Source: a virus
Lineage: Duplodnaviria; Caudoviricetes
DNA length: 64,000 nt
Strand: one strand, 5' to 3'
Virus record (IMG/VR): IMGVR_UViG_3300029288_000161
Location: 6,937 to 70,936 of that record
Part shown: positions 10,155 through 18,763 of the stretch, in pieces
Position numbering within the stretch: the first letter of the stretch is position 1
Layout: each line of letters opens with the position of its first letter
Translations under genes and position numbers: made by a program
The notes under the pieces: model-generated
Told to the model about the DNA's origin: nothing
The model's database searches: none
What the model saw: only the letters and a program-made list of their open reading frames with translations

Positions 10155-12671
10155 TTACTGCCTGTTAGATTTTTCTTCCTGTACTGACTCAATTTCGTGC
10201 GAAATTTCACGGGAATCAAGTTTAATATTAAAATTCTTTGTGACCTCTGTCTGAGTTGATTTGTCAAAAACAACCGGTTGATTACTTTCAACAGATGCAG
10301 CCTGAACCTTGGTGATGGATTGTCCTATTGGACTGCTCATTTGTTTTTGGGTAATTGTCTGGTTATCGTTTACATTTATTTCTCCCTCATCACCTAGGCC
10401 CAGAAACTTGAGAGTCCCTTTAATGGGAGCCATAAGTGTTTCCCACAACCCGGCGAGCCATGATTTGAATGATGCCCATGCGCTGGCGATACCCTCCTTT
10501 AAATTATTTATAAGGGTAACTCCCCAATTAAACATCCTCTTTGGTATGCCGGTAAGCCAGTCCCAAAATTGACCGACTTTCTCTTTTATCCATCCCCAGG
10601 TTTGTTGCCATATTTCACCGAACCAGTCCATTATTTTTGACCAGTTTTTAACGATTGCTATAATCCCGATGATTGCTCCGATAATAAGAAGGATGGGCCA
10701 AGTTGCAGCGATTACCGAAATAGCCAAGGCAATGAAAGCCGGTACAAGTGTTGCCATAATCACAATACCGACAATTTTCCCCACTTCGGCCCACTTAGAA
10801 ACATCACTGGTATTTTTACCGATGTTGATCCCCCACTTTGCAAGTGTATCCATGAGGAATGTAAAAGCTGCTTTAATGGCATTGACAACAGGTTTGATAA
10901 CAGCGTTGTAAGCTGCTTTAATTCCCTGCCCTACACCTTTGAAAAATTCTTTTACCCGGACGATCCAAGTGCCAATGGAAACAACTAAATCGAGTATGCC
11001 CAATTTCTCAAGGGCATCATGCATCTGCTGTGTCATGCTGAAACCTTCCGAATTTGCAGACTTCCAAATCGCACCTATTCCCATCAGGATGCCTCCGAGC
11101 CTTTGCAGGAAACCAAGGAATCCCGTCGCCGGTTCCTTTGTCCCGTTGAGTACATCTTTGAATGCCTGTATGGATTTGACGAATAATAAAACAACCCCGG
11201 TGACCGCCAGAAGAATCCATCCAATCGGACCCATAGTAATCATAGTTTGAATGGCTTGTTTTGCAAGTGCCTTCATTCCCCCGATTAAACCTTTATTAGC
11301 GAACGCTGCAGCGATCTGTGCCTGCCCCATTTGTGCAAAAGCCAGGGCAGCTTTACCAGCCATAAATCTTGCAGCGTTCATTGCTACAACTAAGCCTCCC
11401 ACTCCAACGAGTAATACAGCCACTGCTCCGGTAAGTTTTACCACAAACTTCCCGAATGGACTTGAAACAAATCTGCCAAAGATATCGAGTACCCGAATTA
11501 AGAAATTGCCCAATTTCTCTACCACAGGTGCAAAAGCATCTCCAACCCTGGTAATCATAATATCAAAACGTTTCTTTAGTTTTTCCATCACCGCAGCAAG
11601 ATTGTTATTCTTTGCAATAAACTCATTCATGATAGAATCAGTATTTGTCAAAGCCTGTCCGGATTCCTGAACTCTTTGTCTCATTAAATCGGTGTTCGAA
11701 GCAAGTTTCAGGAAAACCTCCGATACCCTTGCCCCATCCAGACCAAGCCCGTCGAGAAGTTTTGACATTTGTGTTGCAGTTGGAGCCAGTTGTTTTGCAC
11801 CCACAGCAACCTTGCCCAAGGCTTCAACAATATTGGTATTGACCAGGTGTTCAAATTCAGCAGTACTCATTCCTGCCACCTTTGCAAATTCTTTTGTATG
11901 GGAAGCCATGCGCTGCAATGCGATGGGGAAGTTTGATCCTGCCACTTCAGCGTTCACTCCCATTTCCAAAAGGGCAGTCGAAACACCAAATATATCAGCC
12001 GATGTCATTCCAAGGGATTGTCCAAGCCCTGCCATACGTCCCACAACACTCGTGATTTCACCTTCAGCGGCCGCAGAGTTTGCTCCCATGAAATTAAGTA
12101 CGTTACCTATTTTAAGCAGATCGGCAGAAATATTATCGGATTTAATATCGAGCAGGACATTCCTCATCTTGGTTAAATCCACCGCCAATTGTTCAGGGCT
12201 TGCAAATTGGTCACCAAGGGCCACGTTCAATTTATCCATGCTCTCGGTAAATCCTGCGACATCCTTTTGAGCCACGCCCATTGTCCCTCCGGCCCTTGCA
12301 ATCTCAAGTAAATTTTTAACCGATGTCCTGGTATCGATGGATTCCAGATCAACCCGTAATTCCTGAAGGGCTTTACCGGTTATACCGGTTGTTTTTGTAA
12401 CGTCGGAAAGGGCATCCGACATTTGGATGCTCTTGTTTATACCAATAGCAATCGGAGCAAGCAGGGCCGCACCGACTGCCATCGATGCAAACCCTAACTT
12501 CATTCGATTCATGGATTTTTCTATATTGGCAGAGGCTTTGGCAGTAATGCCATCCATTTGGCTGAATTTAGATGATATCTTATCCGCAGTGGATGAGAAT
12601 TCATCTTTAAGGGAATAGATAATTCCTATTCCCAATCCGCCTCCTGTATTACCTCCTCCGAATATTGCCAT
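10155..12671 (-). CDS. Tape measure protein (838 aa)
   Basis: Ala/Gly-rich helical sequence, TP901-like core (MSDALSDVTKTTG...), hydrophobic and Trp-periodic C-terminal repeats. Confidence 0.92.
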   Translation of the reverse strand: MAIFGGGNTGGGLGIGIIYSLKDEFSSTADKISSKFSQMDGITAKASANIEKSMNRMKLGFASMAVGAALLAPIAIGINKSIQMSDALSDVTKTTGITGKALQELRVDLESIDTRTSVKNLLEIARAGGTMGVAQKDVAGFTESMDKLNVALGDQFASPEQLAVDLTKMRNVLLDIKSDNISADLLKIGNVLNFMGANSAAAEGEITSVVGRMAGLGQSLGMTSADIFGVSTALLEMGVNAEVAGSNFPIALQRMASHTKEFAKVAGMSTAEFEHLVNTNIVEALGKVAVGAKQLAPTATQMSKLLDGLGLDGARVSEVFLKLASNTDLMRQRVQESGQALTNTDSIMNEFIAKNNNLAAVMEKLKKRFDIMITRVGDAFAPVVEKLGNFLIRVLDIFGRFVSSPFGKFVVKLTGAVAVLLVGVGGLVVAMNAARFMAGKAALAFAQMGQAQIAAAFANKGLIGGMKALAKQAIQTMITMGPIGWILLAVTGVVLLFVKSIQAFKDVLNGTKEPATGFLGFLQRLGGILMGIGAIWKSANSEGFSMTQQMHDALEKLGILDLVVSIGTWIVRVKEFFKGVGQGIKAAYNAVIKPVVNAIKAAFTFLMDTLAKWGINIGKNTSDVSKWAEVGKIVGIVIMATLVPAFIALAISVIAATWPILLIIGAIIGIIAIVKNWSKIMDWFGEIWQQTWGWIKEKVGQFWDWLTGIPKRMFNWGVTLINNLKEGIASAWASFKSWLAGLWETLMAPIKGTLKFLGLGDEGEINVNDNQTITQKQMSSPIGQSITKVQAASVESNQPVVFDKSTQTEVTKNFNIKLDSREISHEIESVQEEKSNRQ

Positions 12672-12915
12672 TTCCTTGTCTTTTAGATGATATCTTTCTT
12701 ATCTCTGCTTCCTCTGCCTTTTTTTGAGTAAGCATCCTTTCATGCATGCGATCTATTTTACTATAATCCCATTCGTAGAACTCCGCTTCGCTCACCCGAA
12801 GCCCCCCGTAGTTCAAATCAAACCAGACACTTTCAAGATCGGCACACAGTCCAACTTCGCATATATCCTTTTCAGGGGGATTAAGGTCTATATTGCCAAG
12901 CTGGAGAAGAAAAAA
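12649..12915 (-). CDS. -1 frameshift extension of the tail assembly chaperone (G-T type product)
   Basis: Slippery heptamer T TTT TTC at 12915-12909, seven codons before the TAG. The -1 frame is open for about 88 codons (LLQLGNIDLN...ESVWFDLNYGGLRVSEAEFYEWDYSKIDRMHERMLTQKKAEEAE...RRR) and overlaps the tape measure start. Confidence 0.75.
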   Translation of the reverse strand, partial: FFLLQLGNIDLNPPEKDICEVGLCADLESVWFDLNYGGLRVSEAEFYEWDYSKIDRMHERMLTQKKAEEAEIRKISSKRQGNGNIRRR

Positions 12916-13772
12916 GCCGGTGTCGACACCAAGTCAACCTGTGACTGTATTGAATTATCATTCTTATATTGAACCACAACAAATGAATCTACATTCCCTT
13001 CCTTATGCATGATATCTTTTCGCAATGCCTCAATGTCATTCAGTGAAAGCTCATCGAGGGGGACTTTCTGCAGCGGTTTACCTTCCAGTTCCGGATTATG
13101 AAATTGGGGACGTCTCATTTCAATTTGTGTGTGGCTGGTAATACTTGCAACCTGTATGATCTTGGAATATTTGATTTCTTCCTCGCCATCGAGCATTTTC
13201 CAGATAACATCAACCTTACATTCGGGAAGATTAGTTTTTTGAATTGCAAGTTCCATTATTTCAGAATAGTCAGTAAACATCACAGGGAAAGTCTCTTTTA
13301 ATGCTTCCTTTTCTTCGTCCTCTGTGAGATTACCGGTAATACCATTTAATTCTTTATAATCCTGAACCATTTTTTCCCGGACCCAGAAATATGGACGTAC
13401 CGGAAAATCATCCTTTTGAAAATCGACATTATAACGTTGTTTTAAACGTTTCCCTCCCTGAGTGGGGAATTCATAATCAAAAATGAATTGCCTTTCATTA
13501 TTGTTTGAAATATTGCGTAATTCAAACAATAAATGCTTCCTGTCGGCAGAGAGGAGTTTCTTAATGTCCTCTACTTTGAAATCAGTCTTTTCTCCAAGCC
13601 TCTTGAGACAACTAAGTAGCATCTCGTCAATACCTTTACGTCGTTTTGCCTCATCATTGATAGTGATCATCGCCTGATGCTTACCGGATAAACCGGTTAG
13701 TTCAGCTTCAATACCAGACGGAAGTATCGTGGTTCCCGTCTTTTCTACTTTAAAAAAACTTCCCATATTCAT
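12888..13772 (-). CDS. Tail assembly chaperone / hub assembly protein
   Basis: Between the tube region and tape measure; ends in the FFF slippery motif. Start moved to ATG 13772 (or 13766) because the longer ORF-track start runs through a terminator. Confidence 0.75.
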   Translation of the reverse strand: MNMGSFFKVEKTGTTILPSGIEAELTGLSGKHQAMITINDEAKRRKGIDEMLLSCLKRLGEKTDFKVEDIKKLLSADRKHLLFELRNISNNNERQFIFDYEFPTQGGKRLKQRYNVDFQKDDFPVRPYFWVREKMVQDYKELNGITGNLTEDEEKEALKETFPVMFTDYSEIMELAIQKTNLPECKVDVIWKMLDGEEEIKYSKIIQVASITSHTQIEMRRPQFHNPELEGKPLQKVPLDELSLNDIEALRKDIMHKEGNVDSFVVVQYKNDNSIQSQVDLVSTPAFFFSSLAI

Positions 13773-13819
13773 TATTTTTTTAATGGTTAATAAACTTAAA
13801 AATACGAAAAATAAGGAAC

Positions 13820-13850
13820 AAAAAAATCCCCCGGGGCCAACCGAGGGATT
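13820..13850 (-). terminator. Intrinsic terminator
   Basis: Stem ATCCCTCGG / CCGGGGGAT (9 bp, one G-U), 6-nt loop, then T7. Confidence 0.85.
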
Positions 13851-13951
13851 CAAAGCAACAATAAACCTGCCATGAGACATGGTGGGCTTAATCGTGTCAG
13901 TCCTTTATCTTCCGGACTGTAGTATTTTTATGGGTGAATTTGCTTTCAAAA
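13820..13951 (-). ncRNA. Candidate structured sRNA with an arm antisense to the repeated leader
   Basis: Manual fold: P1 AAAGCAA/UUGCUUU, P2 CAGUCC/GGACUG, P3 UAAGCC-CA-CCAUG/CAUGG-CA-GGUUUA, then the terminator. 13851-13876 is the reverse complement of the AAAGCAACAATAA...GCCATGA leaders. Confidence 0.55.
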
Positions 13952-14134
13952 TTATAATTTATTTTCGTTATTGTCGCCTTTATCGCTTTCCTGTTCAAAA
14001 AAACTATTATTCCCGTTTATATTAATATACCCATATTTGGCAAACCACTCATCGGGTGTGAAACATTCCCCTGCCCCATTAATTGGCAGGTTCGTTTTGA
14101 GCCGGTACCGGGTTTTCTGATTCTTTCGTTTCAT
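13952..14134 (-). CDS. Hypothetical protein (60 aa, start uncertain)
   Basis: Closed ORF ending directly before the structured RNA; overlaps the upstream gene by 56 nt. Confidence 0.4.
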   Translation of the reverse strand: MKRKNQKTRYRLKTNLPINGAGECFTPDEWFAKYGYININGNNSFFEQESDKGDNNENKL

Positions 14135-14306
14135 TCTCTAATTCATTGATTCTTTTCAGAACAAGTTCATAACAATAAATCTCTGCTTCCTGAAGGTATC
14201 CGGTTCTTGCTTTTAATTCCTCAAAGTGATCCTTATGCCGTTTCAACATTTGCATATCGCATTCGGGAACCAGTACTGCGTATGTATCCATTATTCTTGC
14301 ATCCAT
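14079..14306 (-). CDS. Hypothetical protein (75 aa)
   Basis: Follows the lipoprotein gene by 10 nt; no motif recognised. Confidence 0.6.
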   Translation of the reverse strand: MDARIMDTYAVLVPECDMQMLKRHKDHFEELKARTGYLQEAEIYCYELVLKRINELENETKESENPVPAQNEPAN

Positions 14307-14316
14307 GACTTTAGTT

Positions 14317-14796
14317 TTAATTATAAAGGAAAAGTTCTAATGTACCCCAACTGCCACCATAACTAACATCAAAAGATATTCCATCCTCATACTTGAACGT
14401 GCCATTTGTTACCTGTAATTCACCGGCTGAATTATAACTACCAAAAATAGTTCCAATAACAATCCCGTTATCAAAATCCACATAATCAATTCTGATGCTG
14501 TCAAAATCACCGGTACCTCCGACGTGGGTATTGGTTTCAGCATTCAAAGAAGTTGCAAAAAATCTTAATTTGCTATTGGTAATCTCAACTCTATTATTCC
14601 CTACGCCAATCAATCCACGTTCGGTATCAAAAACATAGGGAAAATCAAAACTGTAATTGATTACACCAATTTCTGAAGGTTCCTGAGCCACGTAAATAGT
14701 ATCATAATTGTTGATAATTTCTGGCTCCATGCTTTCTTTTTCACAACCCATAAGGGCAAGAGAAAGAATTACTGTTAATAAGAATAAATTTTTCAT
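14317..14796 (-). CDS. Lipoprotein, possible superinfection-exclusion moron
   Basis: MKNLFLLTVILSLALMG-C lipobox followed by acidic EKESMEPE; preceded by the AAAGCAAC leader. Confidence 0.8.
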   Translation of the reverse strand: MKNLFLLTVILSLALMGCEKESMEPEIINNYDTIYVAQEPSEIGVINYSFDFPYVFDTERGLIGVGNNRVEITNSKLRFFATSLNAETNTHVGGTGDFDSIRIDYVDFDNGIVIGTIFGSYNSAGELQVTNGTFKYEDGISFDVSYGGSWGTLELFLYN

Positions 14797-14807
14797 TTTG
14801 TTGCTTT

Positions 14808-14921
14808 TTAATTAATAAATATTGTTAAGTCTATGTAAAATTCAATTGTTTCATTGGTTGTTAATAACCTGTGAAAACCGGTTATTATAGTCTTTTGGTA
14901 TTGTAATTCTATGAATTCCAT
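14808..14921 (-). CDS. Small ORF (37 aa, MEFIELQYQK...), first gene of the moron
   Basis: Translated by hand; preceded by the full promoter-leader cassette. Confidence 0.45.
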   Translation of the reverse strand: MEFIELQYQKTIITGFHRLLTTNETIEFYIDLTIFIN

Positions 14922-14965
14922 CTTTTTGGCTTTATTTATTGTTGCTTTTTATTCGTATAACGAAT

Positions 14966-14996
14966 CTAAGTTATAAAAGGTTTCAAGATTATCAAA
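14966..14996 (-). promoter_or_regulatory. Bacteroidota primary-sigma-type promoter (moron)
   Basis: TTTG-N19-TAACTTAG; same extended cassette as 32088, 34272 and 47680. Confidence 0.75.
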
Positions 14997-15010
14997 TGTT
15001 TTTTAATCTG

Positions 15011-15089
15011 TTGTAAGTTTACAATGACTTTTAGTTCGTCAATATCTTGATAATTAATTCATTGATTTTTTTAATTGTAAGTTTACAAT
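15011..15089. promoter_or_regulatory. Pair of palindromic operator-like sites
   Basis: TTGTAA-GT-TTACAA at 15011-15024 and 15075-15088, identical, 64 bp apart. Confidence 0.55.
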
Positions 15090-15122
15090 AAAAAGAAAAT
15101 CCCTGCTTTTAAGGGCAGGGAT
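15090..15122 (-). terminator. Intrinsic terminator after the tube operon
   Basis: ATCCCTGC / GCAGGGAT stem followed by TTTCTTTT. Confidence 0.8.
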
Positions 15123-15168
15123 CACACCAAGAGAGTTGTTTCACCACTAAAACAACGAACTTGAGAAG

Positions 15169-15534
15169 CTAATCTTCAGTATTTTCGCCTTCAAAATCGG
15201 CTTCTTTAAGGGAAAGGAATTCTTCAATTGCCACAGCAACGGCGAATCCCTTTTCTATTTTCTTCTCAACGTAATCACTCCTCAAATCGAGTTCGGAAGC
15301 GACGGTTTCAATCAAATCAGTTCTTTCATCATCATCCAAATCCTTAAATTCAGCGACGATTTGTTTGCCATTTTTGGCAACATTATACAATGCAGGTACT
15401 GCCGAGATGGTCATGTTAATGGCTTCCATGCCGGAAACTTTACCATCTTCTAAAGCCACGTCCACCTTTTCACCGGTGTTAATCAATGCGATTGCAGCTT
15501 CTTTCAAGTTCTGAATGCCTAATTTTTCACTCAT
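15169..15534 (-). CDS. Hypothetical protein after the tail tube gene (121 aa)
   Basis: Acidic helical ORF in the late operon; function not recognised. Confidence 0.65.
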   Translation of the reverse strand: MSEKLGIQNLKEAAIALINTGEKVDVALEDGKVSGMEAINMTISAVPALYNVAKNGKQIVAEFKDLDDDERTDLIETVASELDLRSDYVEKKIEKGFAVAVAIEEFLSLKEADFEGENTED

Positions 15535-15568
15535 GATGCTTTAAAATTTAATGTTAATACTAAAATTA

Positions 15569-16012
15569 TTATGCAGGAATAAAATCCTCAACGCTGAAGG
15601 TTACAGTTCTGAGAATATCTGCACTGTTATCTTCACGGGTATCATGCCCGGAATCTTCAATCTTCTTACACCAGATATTCTTCAGGAACCATCTCTGGAT
15701 CGGTGCGCCGACACCGTTTAATTCCACGAGATAACCAATTTTTGTATAGGCAGGCCTTAAACCGGTTCTACCGGATTCGAGCCACGCCCAAATTTCACGA
15801 TCCCCTGTTTCCGCAGGTACAACCTGCTCACACACCAGATCGCCGACCTTCTTCTTTCCGGGTGTTTTTACATCGGGGTTATTACCGGCGGTACCCTGTT
15901 TATGTTCGGTTAATTCAACAGTGGGTTTTGTAACCCCTTGCAAATATGCCTGGTTTACCCCATCTATTTCGAGGGCAAAATCGTAATTTTTTACTGGATT
16001 ATTTACAGCCAT
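15569..16012 (-). CDS. Tail tube protein (T4 gp19-like)
   Basis: 147 aa directly after the sheath; FALEIDGV...KTPGKKKVGDLV...QRWFLKNIWCKKIE. Confidence 0.9.
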   Translation of the reverse strand: MAVNNPVKNYDFALEIDGVNQAYLQGVTKPTVELTEHKQGTAGNNPDVKTPGKKKVGDLVCEQVVPAETGDREIWAWLESGRTGLRPAYTKIGYLVELNGVGAPIQRWFLKNIWCKKIEDSGHDTREDNSADILRTVTFSVEDFIPA

Positions 16013-16023
16013 GACTCAAGTTT

Positions 16024-17970
16024 TTATAATTGATTCAAAATTTGAACATTCAAAATAGTTGCCGAATCAGCCGGGGCAATATCGATGGCGATATATTCGT
16101 TACTTGCAATCGGTTTGAAAGCAAAACGAACCCTGTATTTCCCTGCATCCACTTCTGACTGAGTATTGAAACTCAAATCTTCTGGTGTTTTGGCAAACTG
16201 ATCACCAAGCCAATGCCACCATTTTCCTTCACCGGCAGTGGCTGATTCGTCGCCTTGGATGGCACGGTTTTTAACCAATGTATCGGTGATGAAAGGACGG
16301 ACATTCCTGTAAAGAAGGTTAAACATGATAAAATCATTGGGTCTGAAACTCATTGCTTCAGCGATACCCTTAACCACTCTCGATATGAAAACAACCATAT
16401 CTGCGATGTTATCCTTACTGGTTAGCTTGGTTTTATTAAGCAATAAGGAACGATTTCCCCAAGCGCAGATTTTATAAGTCGGATGTTCAATAATGGCATT
16501 AACACCTGCTTCATAAACCAGGTTAAAAAATGCAACATTGCCCGGTGAACCAAAGTTCAACTTCATACGGTTTATACCAGTTAGTTTTCCACCGAAATCA
16601 CCTGCTGCCGAGTACCATTCACCAAGCATACGATCCATTCTTGCCCTTGCAGCGCAATAATGCCCGATGGCAGTGATTGATTTATCCTTTATATCCGAAT
16701 CATTGGGATCAGTAATCTCAACATCAGTGTACCAAAGTGAAGCATAAAATGTGTCTATTGGCTGATGTGTGAAAGTGCCTGTTCCCATCCGATAATCGTA
16801 TACTCCCTGTGCTGTTAATCCTGCCTGTGTACGTGTGTGCGCCCGCATATCCTGACGTGTGGTTGCATAAGAGGCAAGGTATATGTCAACTTCCGGGATG
16901 GCTTTATTGAAATTCCAGATGCGCATCGAATCAGTAACATCATCGAAAGCATGCCATCCAGCTTTTGATACAGACGAGCCATTGAAATCTGCTGCGACAA
17001 TTGCCGAAACATCCTGCAAGCCTCCTGTTAAAGTAATAGAACCAAGAGGTATCGATCCGTTTATTGCTGAAATTTGAATCCCTGCTTCTTTACCTTTTAA
17101 TTTGCTGTTAAGAGCCGTAACTGCTGCAGCGGATGCATCTGTTTTATTTACATCAAACAAGTCGATTATTAAGTCCGAATCAACTAATTCAACCTTAATA
17201 TCCACATTGGTTGCAATTCCCGATCTCGGTGCAGATGTTGTAATTTTAGTACCATTATAACCGGTTCCGACTGCTTCAGCTTCGAGTTGAAGACTAACTG
17301 CTCCAGCGGTTATACCACCAGCCATATTAATGATATTACCGGTAACAACATCCCCTGCAGTTGTAACAACCACGACAAATCCGTTCGGGGTTGAACCTGA
17401 ACCGGCTGCTGCTGAAATAACAACTTTATTATTAACGGCGGCCGCTGCATAATTTGGTGATGATGCTAATGTTGTTATTTGGGCAGCCACAGCAGTCGCT
17501 GTTGCATTGTTTGATGTCGCCCAATCTACGTCAACATCCATGACTTCGACGCCATTCACTGTAACGGAAGTAACCTTATTGACACCGGCTGATGCGGAGC
17601 CTCCAACTATTTCAAAACTTCCAGTCGCCAGTGTTTCTGCAACCGTCCCAGCTATTGTCCCGGCAGCTTTCGTACCGGCAGCCGTTTCAAGATCGTCTAC
17701 ATCTGTATAATGGAAAGCCCTGGTTACTCTCAGAACCGCACCCCCGTCGAGAGCCGCTTTAGCAATCAAAGGATCGTCTACACCCGAAATGAGTCCACCA
17801 AGTTTCCTTTTAAACTCGTTCCAGTTGCCGATTAAATATTGTTTACCCGGCTCCCCCCTCTTAGTAACCAGTTGAACGCAATTTATCCCTTTCAGGGAAT
17901 TGGCCACGATTATAGAGAGATCGGTAACTGATAGTTTTACGCCGGGTGCGCCTGATAATTCTTGTGCCAT
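16024..17970 (-). CDS. Contractile tail sheath protein
   Basis: N-terminal PGVKLSVTD...TKRGEPGK and C-terminal sheath domain (AGVNAI...AWGNRSL...FRPND...GKYRVRFAFKP..EYI). Confidence 0.93.
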   Translation of the reverse strand: MAQELSGAPGVKLSVTDLSIIVANSLKGINCVQLVTKRGEPGKQYLIGNWNEFKRKLGGLISGVDDPLIAKAALDGGAVLRVTRAFHYTDVDDLETAAGTKAAGTIAGTVAETLATGSFEIVGGSASAGVNKVTSVTVNGVEVMDVDVDWATSNNATATAVAAQITTLASSPNYAAAAVNNKVVISAAAGSGSTPNGFVVVVTTAGDVVTGNIINMAGGITAGAVSLQLEAEAVGTGYNGTKITTSAPRSGIATNVDIKVELVDSDLIIDLFDVNKTDASAAAVTALNSKLKGKEAGIQISAINGSIPLGSITLTGGLQDVSAIVAADFNGSSVSKAGWHAFDDVTDSMRIWNFNKAIPEVDIYLASYATTRQDMRAHTRTQAGLTAQGVYDYRMGTGTFTHQPIDTFYASLWYTDVEITDPNDSDIKDKSITAIGHYCAARARMDRMLGEWYSAAGDFGGKLTGINRMKLNFGSPGNVAFFNLVYEAGVNAIIEHPTYKICAWGNRSLLLNKTKLTSKDNIADMVVFISRVVKGIAEAMSFRPNDFIMFNLLYRNVRPFITDTLVKNRAIQGDESATAGEGKWWHWLGDQFAKTPEDLSFNTQSEVDAGKYRVRFAFKPIASNEYIAIDIAPADSATILNVQILNQL

Positions 17971-18022
17971 TTTCCGATTTTTTTAAGATTAAAAAATACT
18001 GTTTATGTAAATATACATTTTT

Positions 18023-18691
18023 TTAGTTTTCTGTAAAATTATCTACATCCTGTATGGTTTCATGATCCGCAGGAACCGGATCAAAGGTGAACTCATTCAT
18101 CTCCGGAACATTTGCATAATCGGTATCACCTATTAGATCGATATTGGTTGTTTGGAAATAATAAGCCCTTTCAATAAAGTCCGAACCGGATAAATCCGTA
18201 TAATTTCTATATTGTAGATTGAAGGAACCTGCAACCGTACCATTATCATTAAGTGCATTTAATACTCTTCTGGTTCCAAGTGCCTCGTGCAATATTTTTT
18301 CAATGATATCTGCATAATTTTCATCATAACAAATGTAAGTTACCTTATAAGTTATATCAAAGAATCCTTCCGGGGTTTTCTTCTTTGTATATTCAGGCTC
18401 CCCGGTGACTTTAAGATATTGTAATGTTGGAAGTGTGCCAGTTGCAGCCGGGTCTTTTGCATATCTGGAAATTATGACATCATTGCTCTTTAATTCCTCG
18501 TTACTTTTATAACTGCCACCAATGAAACACTCAATTATTTGTTTACCGGCAGTTTTAAGGGCATTTCTTGCCGTTTGATATAAAGTATCCGTTGCATAAG
18601 CTGTTACATCGGGAAGATATCCGTTTGCGACAATCCGGAGCCTGATAGCTTCCGAAATTCCCTGCTCGATCTGTTTTAATGTTAATTTCAT
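18023..18691 (-). CDS. Tail terminator / completion protein
   Basis: Position between neck genes and sheath; FDITYKVTYIC beta pattern. Confidence 0.6.
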   Translation of the reverse strand: MKLTLKQIEQGISEAIRLRIVANGYLPDVTAYATDTLYQTARNALKTAGKQIIECFIGGSYKSNEELKSNDVIISRYAKDPAATGTLPTLQYLKVTGEPEYTKKKTPEGFFDITYKVTYICYDENYADIIEKILHEALGTRRVLNALNDNGTVAGSFNLQYRNYTDLSGSDFIERAYYFQTTNIDLIGDTDYANVPEMNEFTFDPVPADHETIQDVDNFTEN

Positions 18692-18763
18692 GACTTCTAT
18701 TTATAAGTTAATTATACGATAAATAGAACTTATTTATACAAGTTCAAAATCGAAAGCGCCGCA

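Noticed and set aside
13773-13880. N-terminal extension of the chaperone ORF (MSHGRFIV...)
   Set aside because: It runs through the terminator hairpin and T-rich tract; the downstream ATGs at 13772 and 13766 have an A-rich context.
13872-13922. Plus-strand 16-aa ORF after the inverted leader (MRHGGLNRVSPLSSGL)
   Set aside because: No plus-strand promoter upstream and very short; kept only as the alternative to the antisense model.
4396-17970. Extracellular contractile injection system or T6SS rather than a phage tail
   Set aside because: Capsid, portal, protease, neck genes, terminase and tape measure are all present.
18695-18745. Overlapping inverted repeats upstream of the tail terminator gene
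   Set aside because: Almost all A/T pairs and a single occurrence; could easily be chance.
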